Source of the DNA: Eledone cirrhosa
Taxonomy: Eukaryota
DNA: 64,000 nucleotides
Reading direction: 5' to 3'
Assembly (NCBI GenBank): GCA_964016885.1
Contig: OZ024753.1
Coordinates: forward strand, 18,414,001-18,478,000
Below the pieces are notes generated by a model. That model was not told the origin of the DNA. It worked only from the letters and a program-made list of their open reading frames with translations, and did not search any database. The translations under genes were made by a program, and so were the position numbers. Shown piece by piece: positions 1 through 13,074 of the stretch. The first letter of the stretch is position 1. Every line of letters begins with the position of its first letter.

Positions 1-2326
1 GTGAAGCTTTTCAGCGACATTTCGCTCAGCTGTTCGGGGGCAGCGGCGGGCCGGATCGACGGATGGACTTTAGTGTCTACCTCGACGGACTGCCGTTGCT
101 CTCGGCCACTGAGGCGGAGTTTTCCGAAAAGCCGATACCAGCCGCTGAAGTACGGGAGCCAATGACTGGCTGCACGAGGGGTAAATCGACTGGTTTGGAT
201 GGTCTGCCCTATGAACTTTACGTACAGATGCCAGACTCTTTCGGAGGCCTCTAGGCGGACGTCTACTGCAACTGGCAACAGAACGGGAGAATTGCCAGCT
301 CTGTAAGCCGAGGAGCGGTGGCGCTGCTGAGAAAGGATCCGAACAAGAGGGATAACATAGATGATTTCATAAACATAACTCTGCTAAACACAGAGTTCAA
401 GATTATGGTCAAGGTGCTAGCAAAGAGGTTGGCGCTTGTCGTTGGTGGTCTGGTGGGAGAGGCGCAGACATGCGCCATTCCCGAAAGACCCATCCACGAC
501 AACATCCACCTCATGCGATACACCGTGGAGACGGTAGCTAGGGAACCTGGCACGGGTGGGTCCTTGATCAATTTAGATCAGTCGAAAGCTTTCGATAGGG
601 TCGACCATCGTTACCTAGTGACAGTCCTGAGGGCGGCTGGCTTTGGGCCCGTCTCCAGAGGCTGGATCGATGCCATGCACAGCGACATCTGCTCTGTGGT
701 GAGAGTGAACGGTCACCTTTCGGAACCGTTCAACATCATGCGCTCGGTCCGCCAAGGATGTCCCTCTTGTACGTATTGACTCTCGAGCCATTACTGCACA
801 GGCTGAAGACGTTGAGGGGTTTCCCGCGCGAACATGGATGCGGAAGATCTGTGTCAGCGTCTGCGGACAATGTCACCATAGTGGTGTCGAACGCCAAACA
901 CATCGAGGCGTCGGCACTACACTAAGAGAATACGAAGCGGTGACAGGAGCAATGATCAACCATGATCAGTGGGCCTGCAGCTAGGCACCTGGAGAGGCAG
1001 GTCCATGCCGTCCAACAGCGTCGTCAGGGTCTGGACGGAGGGACCGGTTAAATTGCTAGGGGTCTGGCTCGGTCTGGACCTCGAGACGGACAAAAACTGG
1101 GACGAGTTGACGAGTAGGGTGGCTTCTCTCACCCAGAAAAGGGCTGAGAGGAAGCTATCCCTGAAAGGTCGAGTGGAGGTGGCTAACGCGTACATCGCGT
1201 CCGTCAACTCCTACCGCCTGACCGTCGTACCTTGTTCTAAGCCTCGCTTGACTGCGCTGGAGCGTTTGCTCTTTCGCTTTTTGTTGAAGGGACGCGCTCC
1301 AATGGTCAGGTGGTCCATCTGGTGCCAACACCCGCTACGTGGAGGCTTGGGCATGCCGTGGCTGATGATGCGCAGACACGCGCTCATGCTACGACATCTC
1401 CACCTCTTCCTCGCCGGTGATCAGGTGTGGTCGCCGTTTGCTAGACGCGTCTTTCCCCAGCTCGTCTCCTTGAGGGAGCTTCAGTCCTGGGTCAAGTGAA
1501 GACCGAGTGGGAGCGCTTGGAGACTGGAATGTCTTCAGACGCTCACAACCCTCGACCAATCGGGCAATGTGATCGGTGGAAACTCCACCTTGGGGTTCTA
1601 TAGAGGATTAGTTGAGGGAAAGAGCGACGACGTACTTGGGGAAAATCTACGTGTCGACGAAAATCAACTAGCTAATCTCTTCGAAAGAACTTTCGGGCCG
1701 GGGCCTATGGACAATATCCAGAAATCCCTGGCCTGGCAGTGCTACCGAGGAGCTTTGCCAGTTCGGGATAAACTCTGTCCTGCACGCACTCATCCAGTGT
1801 CCGAGCATTGCTGAATTGTGGGTTTATGTCGAACACCTGCTGTCGCGTGTAGGACGGATCCAGCTATCAGCTGAGTCCATCGTGAGGATTGCCCCGCCCT
1901 CTTCCTTTAGCCGGGAAGGGCAGGCAATTTCTATCTGTCTGGTGGCCAAGGCGAAAGAGATAGCATGGTGGACACATTTGAAAGGCCTGAAGACGAGCAC
2001 TTACCTCTTCGGTGATGCCCTGATTAACTTTTTCAAATTTCATTTGAAAAGAAAAATCAGTGTAGAAAAGGCAATGCTCTCTTCCCATCATTTTGTTGAA
2101 AGATGGGTGAGAGAGGCAAGAATGGCTCGAGTGCATGTAAGTTAAGGGTGGAAAACTGGGAGAGGGCACTTGCCCTGGTGGTCAGGGTCACTGTGGCTTT
2201 TTAATGGGATTTCTCCATGGATGTCCCTCGGAAGTTTCCCCCCTATTGGGGAATTTTTCATCGTTATTTTATTGTTACATCCTCTGTTTTTGTTTTTTTA
2301 CACGCAGAAATGCCCATTTGTACCGT
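1..2326 (+). mobile_element. Tx1/L1-clade LINE copy A (decayed RT ORF2 + 3'UTR; 5' end lies outside the window, 3' end truncated)
   Basis: Broken ORFs 63-254, 318-779, 969-1499, 1569-2145 give RT motifs (GLDGLPYE, ITLLNTEFKI, LDQSKAFDRV, VRQGCP; YADD degraded). Colinear with the reverse complement of the copy at 34549-40505. Contains stops, frameshifts and a deletion in the C-terminal zinc finger. Confidence 0.92.
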
Positions 2327-4560
2327 TTTGTGAGCCGGGGAGCAGTGGCGCTGCTGAGAAAAGACCCGAACAAGGGGGATGTTATTGATAATTTTAGGCC
2401 CATAACCCTGCTAAACGCAGAGTTCAAAATTTTGGCCAAGGTGTTAGCAACGAGGTTGGCGCTTGTCGTCAAGGGTCTGGTGGGAGAGGCGCAGACATGC
2501 GCCATTCCGGACAGATCCATACACGACAACCTCCATTTCATGCGATATATCATAGAGAGGGTAGATAAGGAACCTGGCAAGGGTGGGGCCCTGATCAACT
2601 TGGATCAATCCAAAGCATTCGATAGAGTCGACCATCGGTACCTGGCGGCGGTCCTCGAGGCAGCCGGTTTCGGGCCCGTTTTCAGGCGTCGGATCGCAGC
2701 AATGTACAGCGACATCTGCTCAGTTGAACGGTCACCTGTCGCAGCCGTTCAGCATCATGCGCTCAGTCCGCCAGGGTTATCCCCTCTCGTCCCTCTTCTA
2801 CGCATTAGCTATCGAGCCGTTACTGCACAAACTGGGGGCGATGAGGGGCGTCCCACGCGAACTAGGATGCGGGAGATCCGAGTCGGCTTACGCTGATGAC
2901 GTTACCGTGGTGGTGTCGAGCACCAGACACGTCCAGATGCTCGGCACCGCTCTCAAGGAATACGAAGCGGTGACAGGAGCAAAGATAAACCAGGAAAAGT
3001 CGGTGGGCTTGCAGCTAGGCACCTGGAGAGGCAAGTCCATGCCGTCCAACAGCGTCGTGGGGCGTTGGACGGACGGACCGGTTAAATTGCTCGGGGTCTC
3101 GTTCGGACCGGACCTCCAGATGGAGAAAAACTGGAACGAGGTGACGAGCAGGGTGGCCTCCCTCACCCAGAAATGGGCTGAGAGGAAGCTGTCCCTGAAA
3201 GGCCGGGTGGAAGTGGCGAATGCGTACATCGCATCCGTCATCTGCTACCGCCTCACCGTCGTCCCTTGCTCCAGCCCAACTCTCACCAAAATGGAGCGCC
3301 TCCTCTTCCGCTTTTTGTGGAAGGGACGCGCTCCCATGATCAGACGATCCATCTGCTGTCAACACCCGTTGCGTGGAGGACTGGGCATGCCATGGCTGAT
3401 GATGCGAAAACATGCGCTGAGGCTGCGACATCTCTGGTGCTTCCTTAACGGTGAACAGGTGTGGTCGCCGTTCGCCAGGCACGTTTTCCCACAGCTCGTC
3501 TCCTTGGCGGAGCTGCAGTCCTGGGTCAGAAAAAGACCGAGGGATAGCGCTTGGAAACTACTGGAATGTCTCCAGGCGCTCACTGCCCTCTCCCAGTTGG
3601 GCACCAGTATCGGTGGAACATCCACCTCGGCGTTCTATAGAGGACTAGTGGAGGGGAAGAGCGACGACATTCTCGGAGAGATCCTGGGCGTCGAAGAAGA
3701 TCAGCTGTTTGCTCTCTTCCGGAGAACTTTCAGCCCGAGGCCTATGGATAACTTCCAAAAATCCCTGGCCTGGCAGTGCTACTGGGGAGCGCTGCCGGTT
3801 CGAGATAAGCTCTACAGGCACGGAAGTGCCGTAAGCCGAGCCTGTTCGAGATGCGTGCATAGCGACGAAACCATCGTGCAAGCACTCGTTCAGTGCCCGA
3901 GCATTGCTGACTTGTGGAGATATGTGGGACTGATCCGGTTGTCGACTGAGTCCGTGTGGGACTGATCCGGTTGTCGACTGAGTCCATTGTGCAGATAGTC
4001 TCGCCGTCTTCCTTCGAGGAGGAAGGGCAGGCGGTTTTCATCTGCCTGGTGGCCATGGCGAAAGAGATTGTGTGGTGGACAAGGTTAAAAGGATTAAAGA
4101 CAAACACTTTCCTCTTCGGCGAATCCCTAATTAACTTTTTCAAGTTTCACTTGAAGAGGAAAATCATGGTGGAGAGGCAAGTGCTGCTTTCTAGTAAGTT
4201 TGTTGAAAGGTGGGTGAATGTAGCGAGAATGGTCCGAGTGAACGGGACCACTTTGAATATAAGTCTGTAGTTTGAGAGATGGAAAAAATTGAGAGAGGGC
4301 CCTTGCCCTGGTAGTCAGGGTGGCCGTGGTCTTTTGTGTGGTTTTCGCCACGAGTAACCCTCGGAGGTTTCCCCCCTATTGGGGAATTTTTCATTGTTTC
4401 AATTTTCATTTTATTGTTTATATATATATATGTTTTATGTCTTTTTTTTCTTTTCTTATATGAATAATAAAAATATTTACAAGCACAAATCCCACAATGT
4501 ACCGCCCTGTTCCGTCTGTTATGTTTTTCTTGATGTCAGCCCTTGTGGCCAATAAAGAAA

Positions 4561-4562
<2 letters not shown>
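2327..4562 (+). mobile_element. Tx1/L1-clade LINE copy B (5'-truncated, different subfamily)
   Basis: ORFs 2204-2896, 2724-3965 and 3956-4270 contain FRPITLLN, DQSKAFDRV, RQG, YADD and CSRC..ETIVQALVQC (zf-RVT). The 3'UTR ends AATAAAGAAATC followed by (ATT)n. Confidence 0.93.
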
Positions 4563-4590
<28 letters not shown>

Positions 4591-4593
<3 letters not shown>

Positions 4594-7500
4594 CTTGAAT
4601 CTCAGTCATTGATGTTGGTTAACTGGAAAGTCCGTTACAATGAATATCAAGCCACTACCTGCAGCCTCAGATATTCAGGACGTATCGGAGGGTTCTTGCT
4701 GTTCCCAGCAAGCATGCCTTTTGAAGCGTTCCAAAAAGCGTGAAGGGGCCGATTTTATTTAACCATCCCTGGAAACTTTTGGAGATAGTCCCCAGTGCGC
4801 CTCTGACAATCGGGATCACTTTGACTTCATGGCAGTTCCAAATCCTTTTTACCTCCCACTTTAAGTCCTGGTATCGGTTAATTTTCTCCCTCTCCTTCTC
4901 TTGCACTCTCGTGTCGAATGGGCAGGCCACATTCACAATCAGATACGATCTTTTTTCTTTGTCCACAACCACCAGGTCAGGTCTATTGTGTTCCAGTTTC
5001 TTGTCCGTCTGTATCCTAAAATCCCACAGCACCTTCACCTGATCGTTCTCCATCACCGCCTCTGGCCTATGCTCATACCATTTCTCAGAATGTGGTAAAT
5101 TGTTTACTTTGCACAGGTGCCAGTGGATCACCCTGCCCATCACATCATGTCTCCAGCCCTTATAGTGAGTCTGGGCTAGGTGTTTACACTCGGATACAAT
5201 GTGAGCCACAGTCTCCTCTCTCTCTCCACAGATCCTGCACAGTGGGCTAGCATCCTCCTTGTAAATATGGTGTTTCAACCACTTCGTTTTGAAGGCCTGC
5301 TCCTGCGCAGCCATTAACATTCCTTCTGTAGGCTTTTTGAGGTCTCCTCTTCTCAACCAGTTCCATGTCTGTGGATCTCTAAATTCAGTTTTCTCAAAGT
5401 AGGTACTATGAAGGGATTTTCCCTGAAGGCTGCTCTTTCTCCTTGATGTTATTTCCTCCTTGGACATCCCCTGGCCTATTGTCCCCTCCTTCAGTACAGT
5501 TCTGAGCATTGGCTCCTTACTATCAGTCACGTATTTGTATAGGTTGTTTTTCTCCATCTGAACACAGTCCTCTATGCTAATAAGACCTCTTCCACCCTCA
5601 GATCTCCTTAGGTAGAGTCTATCGACATCACTCCTCTCCTCTTGTAGAACATGTTGTAGATAGTCAATAGCTTCCTAGTCTTCCTATCCATTTCTTTTTG
5701 TTCAGCAACATTCCATCTCAGAATTCCCGCACTGTACCTAATAATAGACACAGCTCGGGAATTTACTGCGCTTATGGCATTTCTGCTTTCAGAAGTGACT
5801 TCAATACGCTCCTTACTCTCCGAATGTATTCAGTTCTTAACAATTCCTTCATTTTTTTGTTCTTTATGCCATCAGCCTCCAGAACGCCCAAATACCTGTA
5901 TCCTTCCTCAGAGTCAATTTCCTTTATCATCTCACCTGTTGGTATCTGGATCCCGTTACTTCTGCTCAACCTACCCCTCCTCATCACAATGACTCCACAT
6001 TTACTAATACCAAACTGCATACATATATCACTGCTGAAAATACGGACAGTGTCAACAAGCACATCCAACTCCTTCTCACTCTTCCCGAAGAGCTTAAGAT
6101 CGTCCATGAAGAGGAGGTGATTGATGGTAAGCTCTCCCTTTCCCAACTTGTATCCTGCTCTCACTTTTCGCAGCATAATGGTCAAGGGCATCAGGGCAAG
6201 GACAAACAACAGAGGGGACAGGCTATCTCCCTGGAAGATACCTCTCTTGATCTTCACGCTTCCCAAGGATACTCCAGTTGATGTCAACTCTGTCTCCCAG
6301 GACCCCATACTCCTTCCCAGCAACTGTCTGATGTTATCTGACACCCTGAAGATCTCCAGGCTTTTGGTGATCCAAGAATGAGGCACCATGTCAAATGCCT
6401 TTCTGTAGTCTATCCATCCCATGGCAAGATCAGTGTGTCTCCTCCTGCAAATCCCCATAACCATCTTATCAATAAGTAACTGGTCTTTTGTACCACGTGA
6501 CTTCTTTTGGCATCCTTTCTGTTCGTCCGGTAACAAGTTGTTTGTGTGGAGGTGGTGGTAGATTTCCTCAGACACAATGCTCGTCAACAGTTTCCACATT
6601 ACGGACAGACATGTGATAGGTCTATAGTTGGTAACATCATTACCCTTGATTCGGTCTTTCATTATCAGAACTGTGGTACCTTTTGTCAACCACTCTGGCA
6701 CCTCACCGGACACCAAGCAGTCATTGAACATGGCCGTCAGCTTCGGGTGGAGGGATGTTAATTGTTTAATCCATTACCCCTGCACACCATCTGGGCCTGG
6801 TGATTTCCAGTTGGTTAGTTTTTTGGCCTGCCCCTTAAGAGTTTCAACTGTGATACTCAAATCAGTTTGTTGGTGTACCAGCTCACCGATCTCCCTCTGT
6901 ACTGTCTCAATCCACCCTGCCTGGACATTATGTCTAACATCCTGCTCCCATATTCCTCTCCAGAATGTTTTAGTTTGCTCCGCCCCAGGGATCAAGTCGT
7001 TGCCTCTTTCTTTCCCCTCAAGCTGTCCAAACAGCATCTTCTGGTTGTTGTCGAACATGCGGTTCTGTTTATACTGACTGACTCTGTTCTCGTATCGCCT
7101 GATTTTTTCACTCTTTGCTACAATGCGTTGCTTCAGTTCCTCTATGATAATATTTAGCTTTTTCCTCCTAGTTTTGTACTTTATTTCCAGTCTATTTTTA
7201 GTGCCTATGTTTTTTAGTGTCCCATTCAGTAGTGACTCAAGCTTTCCTATGTCATTTCTCATTTCCCCGATTTGACCACTCAGTCGTTTCTTCCACCACG
7301 GCTCTGCTCTTTCTTGTCTGTTGTTTCCTCTCGCTTTTATACCAAGTAGTTTCCTCACCGTATTTGCTGTTGCTTTGAGGATATTGTTGCACTGGTGAAG
7401 GCTCCTCGCCTCAAGGTATGGGATGACTTTGTTTACCTTAGCTGTTGTTTCTTTTAACTTTTTCCTGTCTACAAATCTTAGGTTCATAGGTCTCCCACTA

Positions 7501-8497
7501 TCATTGTTCAATTCATCTACCACTAAATTTAGGATGTCAACCGAATCTTGTCCTAGCCCGTCAGCATTCATCTCCTCAGGGCCGTATCTCTGTTCCAGGT
7601 ATTATTTATCTCAGTATTCAGATCATTGTCTGCTTCGGGTGGTTCCTCCGTTCTCAGGACCTCTTCACCTTCATTTCCCACTGGCTCGCTTGTCTGGCAT
7701 ACTACACCCGCCATCTCCAAGCCATTCTCTCTGCTCAGTTCCTCCAGTTCCAGCTCGCTTATCCACCCATTAGTTCTTATTACCCGAGCCTGCCCGGCTA
7801 ATTTTTGTTCATCTAATTTAAATAGACCAATCTCGTTCCAGATGTTATGCATCCGTCTCCTGTAGCCCCTCTCCTTGGGGTTACTTTTCAGGTAACATTG
7901 CATAACAGTTCTATTCAATTCTTTCGTCCAGTTGGTTCTGGCCCCTTTCCTTCTTCTTCTTCCTCCAACATCAGCAGTATTTGGTTGACAGTCAGGTTCC
8001 TGCTGCTGAGCCAGGGGGCACCTGTTGGGTGAGAGTCTGTCACATGACGTTCTAGTCTCCATTTCACCGTTATTCGAACTGTTTATGTTCGATATTTAAA
8101 CACTCTTATCGAGGATTGGCGAATGTATGGTTACATAGCCATCTGTGGATTCGCCGTCCCACTTGGCCCTTGTGTGGCATTATCACCACGCTGTATACGA
8201 ACACACATCAACAAACAAACACACAGGCAGAAAGGGCCCCAAAAATGAATAAGCATAAGTTTCATTGTAATGTAGTGTTCGAATGTCTGACTTAGTTTTT
8301 GTTTTTTTAGTTTTAGTTTTTCCCCCCTCTTCTCTGTCCGTCCGCCTGCTTCTCTCTTCATTCTTATTTTCTTTACGTTTTTTGTTTTTTTTTGTTTTTG
8401 CTTTTCTCTGTTTGTTTTTCTCGTTTTTTGCTGTTGTTGCTGTGCTGCTTTGGTTTTGTTGTTTGTTTTTCCTTTATTTTGTTGTTTGTTTTTCCTT
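4591..8497 (-). mobile_element. R4/Dong-clade non-LTR retrotransposon (RT + CCHC + restriction-like endonuclease), decayed; 5' boundary approximate
   Basis: Minus ORF pieces 8062-7568, 7571-6774, 6731-5772, 5557-4667 contain WKSPGPDG, YRPITCL, DYRKAFD, QGDSLSP, FMDD, CRICGEREETVAHIVSEC, RHD and NRPDLVVV. Flanked on both sides by (TAA)n, the known Dong target. Confidence 0.9.
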
Positions 8498-8524
8498 TAT
8501 TATTATTATTATTATTATTTTTCC

Positions 8525-8577
<53 letters not shown>
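8498..8577. repeat. (TTA)n microsatellite, right flank of the Dong element
   Basis: Seen directly; matches the (ATT)n run at 4563-4590. Confidence 0.95.
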
Positions 8578-8579
<2 letters not shown>

Positions 8580-8729
8580 GTTGTTCCACCTTTTAGAAAA
8601 ATATCTAAATGATTTTATTTTCATAAATATTAGCAGAAGATAGCATAATTTACATGACAATGTTTTATTACAACGGGAATAATGTTTAATTCTATATCTA
8701 TGGCATCAGATTGAAAAAAGCAGATACAC

Positions 8730-9135
<406 letters not shown>

Positions 9136-9289
9136 TTCCGTTAAAGATGTTTATATTAGCATCTTCATATTTTAATATTAATAACATTTTAACTTATGTG
9201 TATAAATTCAATTACACTATTTAATTACCATGTTGTGGTATCCAACAAACAATCACACGCATATATTGGTTCAAAAATATGTGTATATG

Positions 9290-10085
9290 TGATAAAAATG
9301 TGTCTCAAAGAATATATGTATATATATGTGTGTGTATATGTCTCAAATAATATATGTATATATCTGTGTGTGTATGTTTGTGTTGTATATGTGTCTCAAA
9401 TAATATATGTATATATCTCTGTATGTATATGATATAAATGTATCTCAATATGTGTATATGTGTGTGTATGTATGTGATATAAATGTGTCTCAAATAATTG
9501 TTTCTACTTTTGGCACAAGGCCAGCAATTATCCCAGTGCATTACTGGTACTTTTTTTTATCGACCCCGTAAGGATGAAAGGCAAAGTCAACCTCGGCGGG
9601 ATTTGTACTCAGATCGTAAAGGGACGTAACTATGCTGGAAAGCATGGCGTCCGACCCTCTACCGATACTGCCAATCCACCGCCCTGTGTCTCAAATGATA
9701 TATGTATATAACTGTGTGTGTATGTATGTGTTGTATATGTGTCTCAAATAATATATGTATATAACTGTGTATGTATGTGATATAAATATATCTCAATATG
9801 TGTATATGTATGTGTATGTATGTGTTGTATATGTGTCTCAAATAATATATGTATATAACTGTGTGTGTATGTGATATAAATGTATCTCAATATGTGTATA
9901 TGTGTGTGTATGTATGTGTTGTATATGTGTCTCAAATAATATATGTATATATCTGTGTATGTATGTGTTTATATATTTATATGTGTATATATATGTGGGT
10001 GTAAGTCTGTGATATAAATGTGTCTCAAAGAATATCTGTGTGTGTGTATATGTCGGTGATAAAAATGTATCTCAAAGAATATGTA
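9290..10085. repeat. Degenerate minisatellite with core GTGTCTCAAATAATATATG, interrupted by a SINE
   Basis: Recurrent gtgtctcaa(a)taatatatgtatat units every ~40-100 bp. Confidence 0.8.
9498..9684 (-). mobile_element. tRNA-derived SINE, full-length
   Basis: Reverse complement shows an A box (TGGCAGTATCGG), a B-box variant (GAGTACAAATCC) and body GCCTTTCATCCTTACGGGGTCGATAA..GTACCAG. TSD tgtgtctcaaat(a/g)at. Confidence 0.88.
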
Positions 10086-10978
10086 TGCACGTCTGTCTAT
10101 ATATTCATGCATGTGTGTGGCCATGTGTAATATTTAAAAGTATATGATATACTGCATCTAACACGACATGCGATATTTACTATTCCTTTATAAATATGAA
10201 TTGCATGAATATATGCGTGAGTGTATAAGTGTCTATGTTTATATGTGTGTATATGCATATGTAACTGTGTATGTTTGTGTGTGTGTGTTTTACGTGGTTT
10301 TATATCTCGGATGTGGTATTCAACAATACACAATGTTTCATAACAGAGGAATAACATTTAGGTTTTCATTACAGTAAAGGAAAGAGTAATACTTATAAAG
10401 CATTATGTATCTATTTCTTCTGTGGATTGTATATATTAGTCAAAGAAGGCAAATATATTGAATTTTCAGCTGCTATTTGTGGCAGCAAAATTTGCAATGT
10501 ACAAATATTGTGAGTATAAATAATTCATTTATACTCATTCTTATTTGAACGAACACGAATTCTAACTTCGTTTATCTCAATACCAACAATACCTTATACC
10601 AAAATGTTAATATCTTCCTTCTGTAAAATATTAAATTATGGCCTCTAAAATTGCTGATTTTCAGTGTCAGCTATGATCGTGTATCAAATTAAGTGTCCTT
10701 CTTAATGGCAGCAGTTCTTACAAGTCGTTCATATCTTTGCCAGTAGATCCACGTAATTAATGTCCAAATATTACAATTGTAATTCCCTTACATTTCCTAG
10801 GCCATGATGTAGCCGTATCATATCTAGTACTGATACGAAGATCGGCTGAAATCTTCATAAGGGGAAAAGTTCATAGACTGACCAAAATACTCTCATGGAA
10901 TAACCAAATGATATTTATTTTTCGATATAGTCCCTGGCAAGAAACAATGTAGTTATTAATACGAAGATTTGAAATTAA

Positions 10979-11167
10979 TTGTTTCTACTTTTGGCACAAG
11001 GCCAGCAATTATCCCAGTGTATTACTGGTACTTTATTTTATCGACCTTGTCAGGATGAAAGGCAAAGTTAACCTCGGCGAGATTTGAACTCAGACCATAA
11101 AGGGCCGTAGCTCTTTACTGCAAAGCATGGTGTCCGACCCTATACCGATACTGTCAATCCACCGCCC
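10979..11167 (-). mobile_element. tRNA-derived SINE, full-length
   Basis: Same family, B box GAGTTCAAATCT. TSD aagatttgaaattaat. Confidence 0.88.
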
Positions 11168-11289
11168 TTAAAGATTTGAAATTAATACGAGTTTTGAAAT
11201 ACGAGATTTGAAATTAATACAAAGATTTGAAATTAATACGAGCAAGATATCACAGTTCTAACATTACTCTTCATAGTCATTTTATAAAT

Positions 11290-11900
11290 ATTACAGCCTA
11301 CTCTCGTATGTTACTTTCTCATTTCAAGGGACCTTCAATATCCGGTGGTAGCTCTACATTTAATATCGTCTAGCTTTCCAATAGTTCTCTTATTCATGGA
11401 CCATTCCAAGCACTCCTACTGGAACTTCGACCACACATAAAGCACTGTATATCTTAATATTCGTAAAAAGAATTGATATTATTTCGCATAAGGTGAGCAT
11501 TCTGCATGAATGCTTGCTTCGCTAAACTCAATAGGCATCGAATTTCCATCTCAGCACCATGATCACAGCATATATCTCAAATTCTAAATAATTAAATTTC
11601 TTCAATCATCAGCTGCAACGTAGTATAGTTTCTCTATAACCGTACATTTCCTTTCAGAGAAATTAAATGTTATGCTAAATTCACTCGCAATCTATCCTAG
11701 GTACTCTAACACATATTTCAGGTCCCCTTCCTCGTCAGCATCGAATGCAATAACATCCGTATACTTAATACGATCAATGGCCATATGTCCATATCTCCTA
11801 CTTGGTCACCGTTATCACACTCGAATATTTAATTTGTTACATCTGTACGAAGCATGGCTGAAATGATAATAGGCTTTCTATGAGGAAGTGATGTTAGACT
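11290..11900 (-). pseudogene. Highly decayed RTE-like LINE RT C-terminal relic
   Basis: Minus-strand translation remnants IDRIKYTD (cf. INNIRYADD), KFNYL and EIRCLLSLAKQAF (cf. EIxxRIxxAKxAF). Confidence 0.5.
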
Positions 11901-11945
11901 TGTGAAAGCTAGCGTGCATTCATTTCAACTCTTCCTGTTAATAAC

Positions 11946-12133
11946 TGTTTCTACTTTTGGCACAAGGTCAGCAATTTTTCCAGTGTATTACTGGTACTTT
12001 ATTTTATCGACCCCGTAAGGATGAAAGGCAAAGTTAACCTCGACGGGATTAGAACTTAGACCATAAAGGGCCGTAACTCTTTGCTACAAAACACGGCGTC
12101 CGACCCTCTAACGATACTGCCAATCCACTGCCC
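11946..12133 (-). mobile_element. tRNA-derived SINE, full-length
   Basis: Colinear with the copies at 9498 and 10979. Confidence 0.87.
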
Positions 12134-12438
12134 TTCTTATGAATAACAGCTACTGTTCCCCAACATGAAAACACACTTGGCTGGGAACTAGTACCGTAGT
12201 GGTGATGGTGTTATAACTGTTGATAATTCTTTTAACAACAGGATGAAAGCTTCTTCACCAATGGGAACCAAGCTCTATCACACCGATCAAAGAAGTGTAT
12301 CGAAAGTACATTTGTTCCGACTGTTCGGAAATAACACTCACTTGGTCATATTCCATGAGAGTATTTTGGTCACCCTACGAAATTTGAAGCCGACCCTCCT
12401 ATATCTAACGTGGCATTCCTTCCTTGAAATGCACTGAT

Positions 12439-12469
<31 letters not shown>

Positions 12470-12506
12470 GTGTGTGTGTGTATTATATTATATTTAGACT
12501 ATAAAT

Positions 12507-12660
12507 GGACGCCATGCTTTCCAGTATAGTTACGTCTCTTTACGGTCTGAGTTCAAATCCCGCCGAGGTTAACTTTGCCTTTCATCCTTAGGGGTCGATA
12601 AAATAAAGTACCAGTAATGTACTGGGTAATTGGTGGCCTTGTTCCAAAAGTAGAAACAAT
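12507..12660 (+). mobile_element. tRNA-derived SINE, 5'-truncated
   Basis: B box GAGTTCAAATCC plus body. TSD tattatatttagactat. Confidence 0.86.
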
Positions 12661-13074
12661 TATATTATATTTAGACTATGTTCGTTTGTGTTGTTAGAAA
12701 TACCTAAATAATCTATGTATATATACGTATAATGAATTAAATATATATTTCAATACACCGGTGATATACCTGTCATTAATACTCGCCCTACCAAAGCAGT
12801 CGATTCTGATATCAAATGTATCCTTAATGATATTCTGTAGAAAGACACCGAATTCATTTATTATATCATTAATATTGTAACTTAGACGGTTGATTTAGTA
12901 GCAATCTAGAGGAGTGTTCCTATATTTACATCCTTAATGTTACTAAACAAGCTTACTATAGTTACACAAGCTAGTGAGTCGCCGACGTTTACTTCTTCTC
13001 CTCCTCCTCCTCCTCCTTCTTCTCCACCTCCCCCTTCTTCTTCTCCACCTCCTGTACGGAGGGTCCGTGTAGGA

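Noticed and set aside
263-7900. Antisense ORFs over Tx1 and Dong
   Set aside because: Shadows of the RT reading frames with no independent motifs.
10792-10846. 54-nt minus-strand exon candidate (DLRISTRYDTATSWPRK)
   Set aside because: It lies within the arm of an old inverted repeat and has no partner exons or homology.
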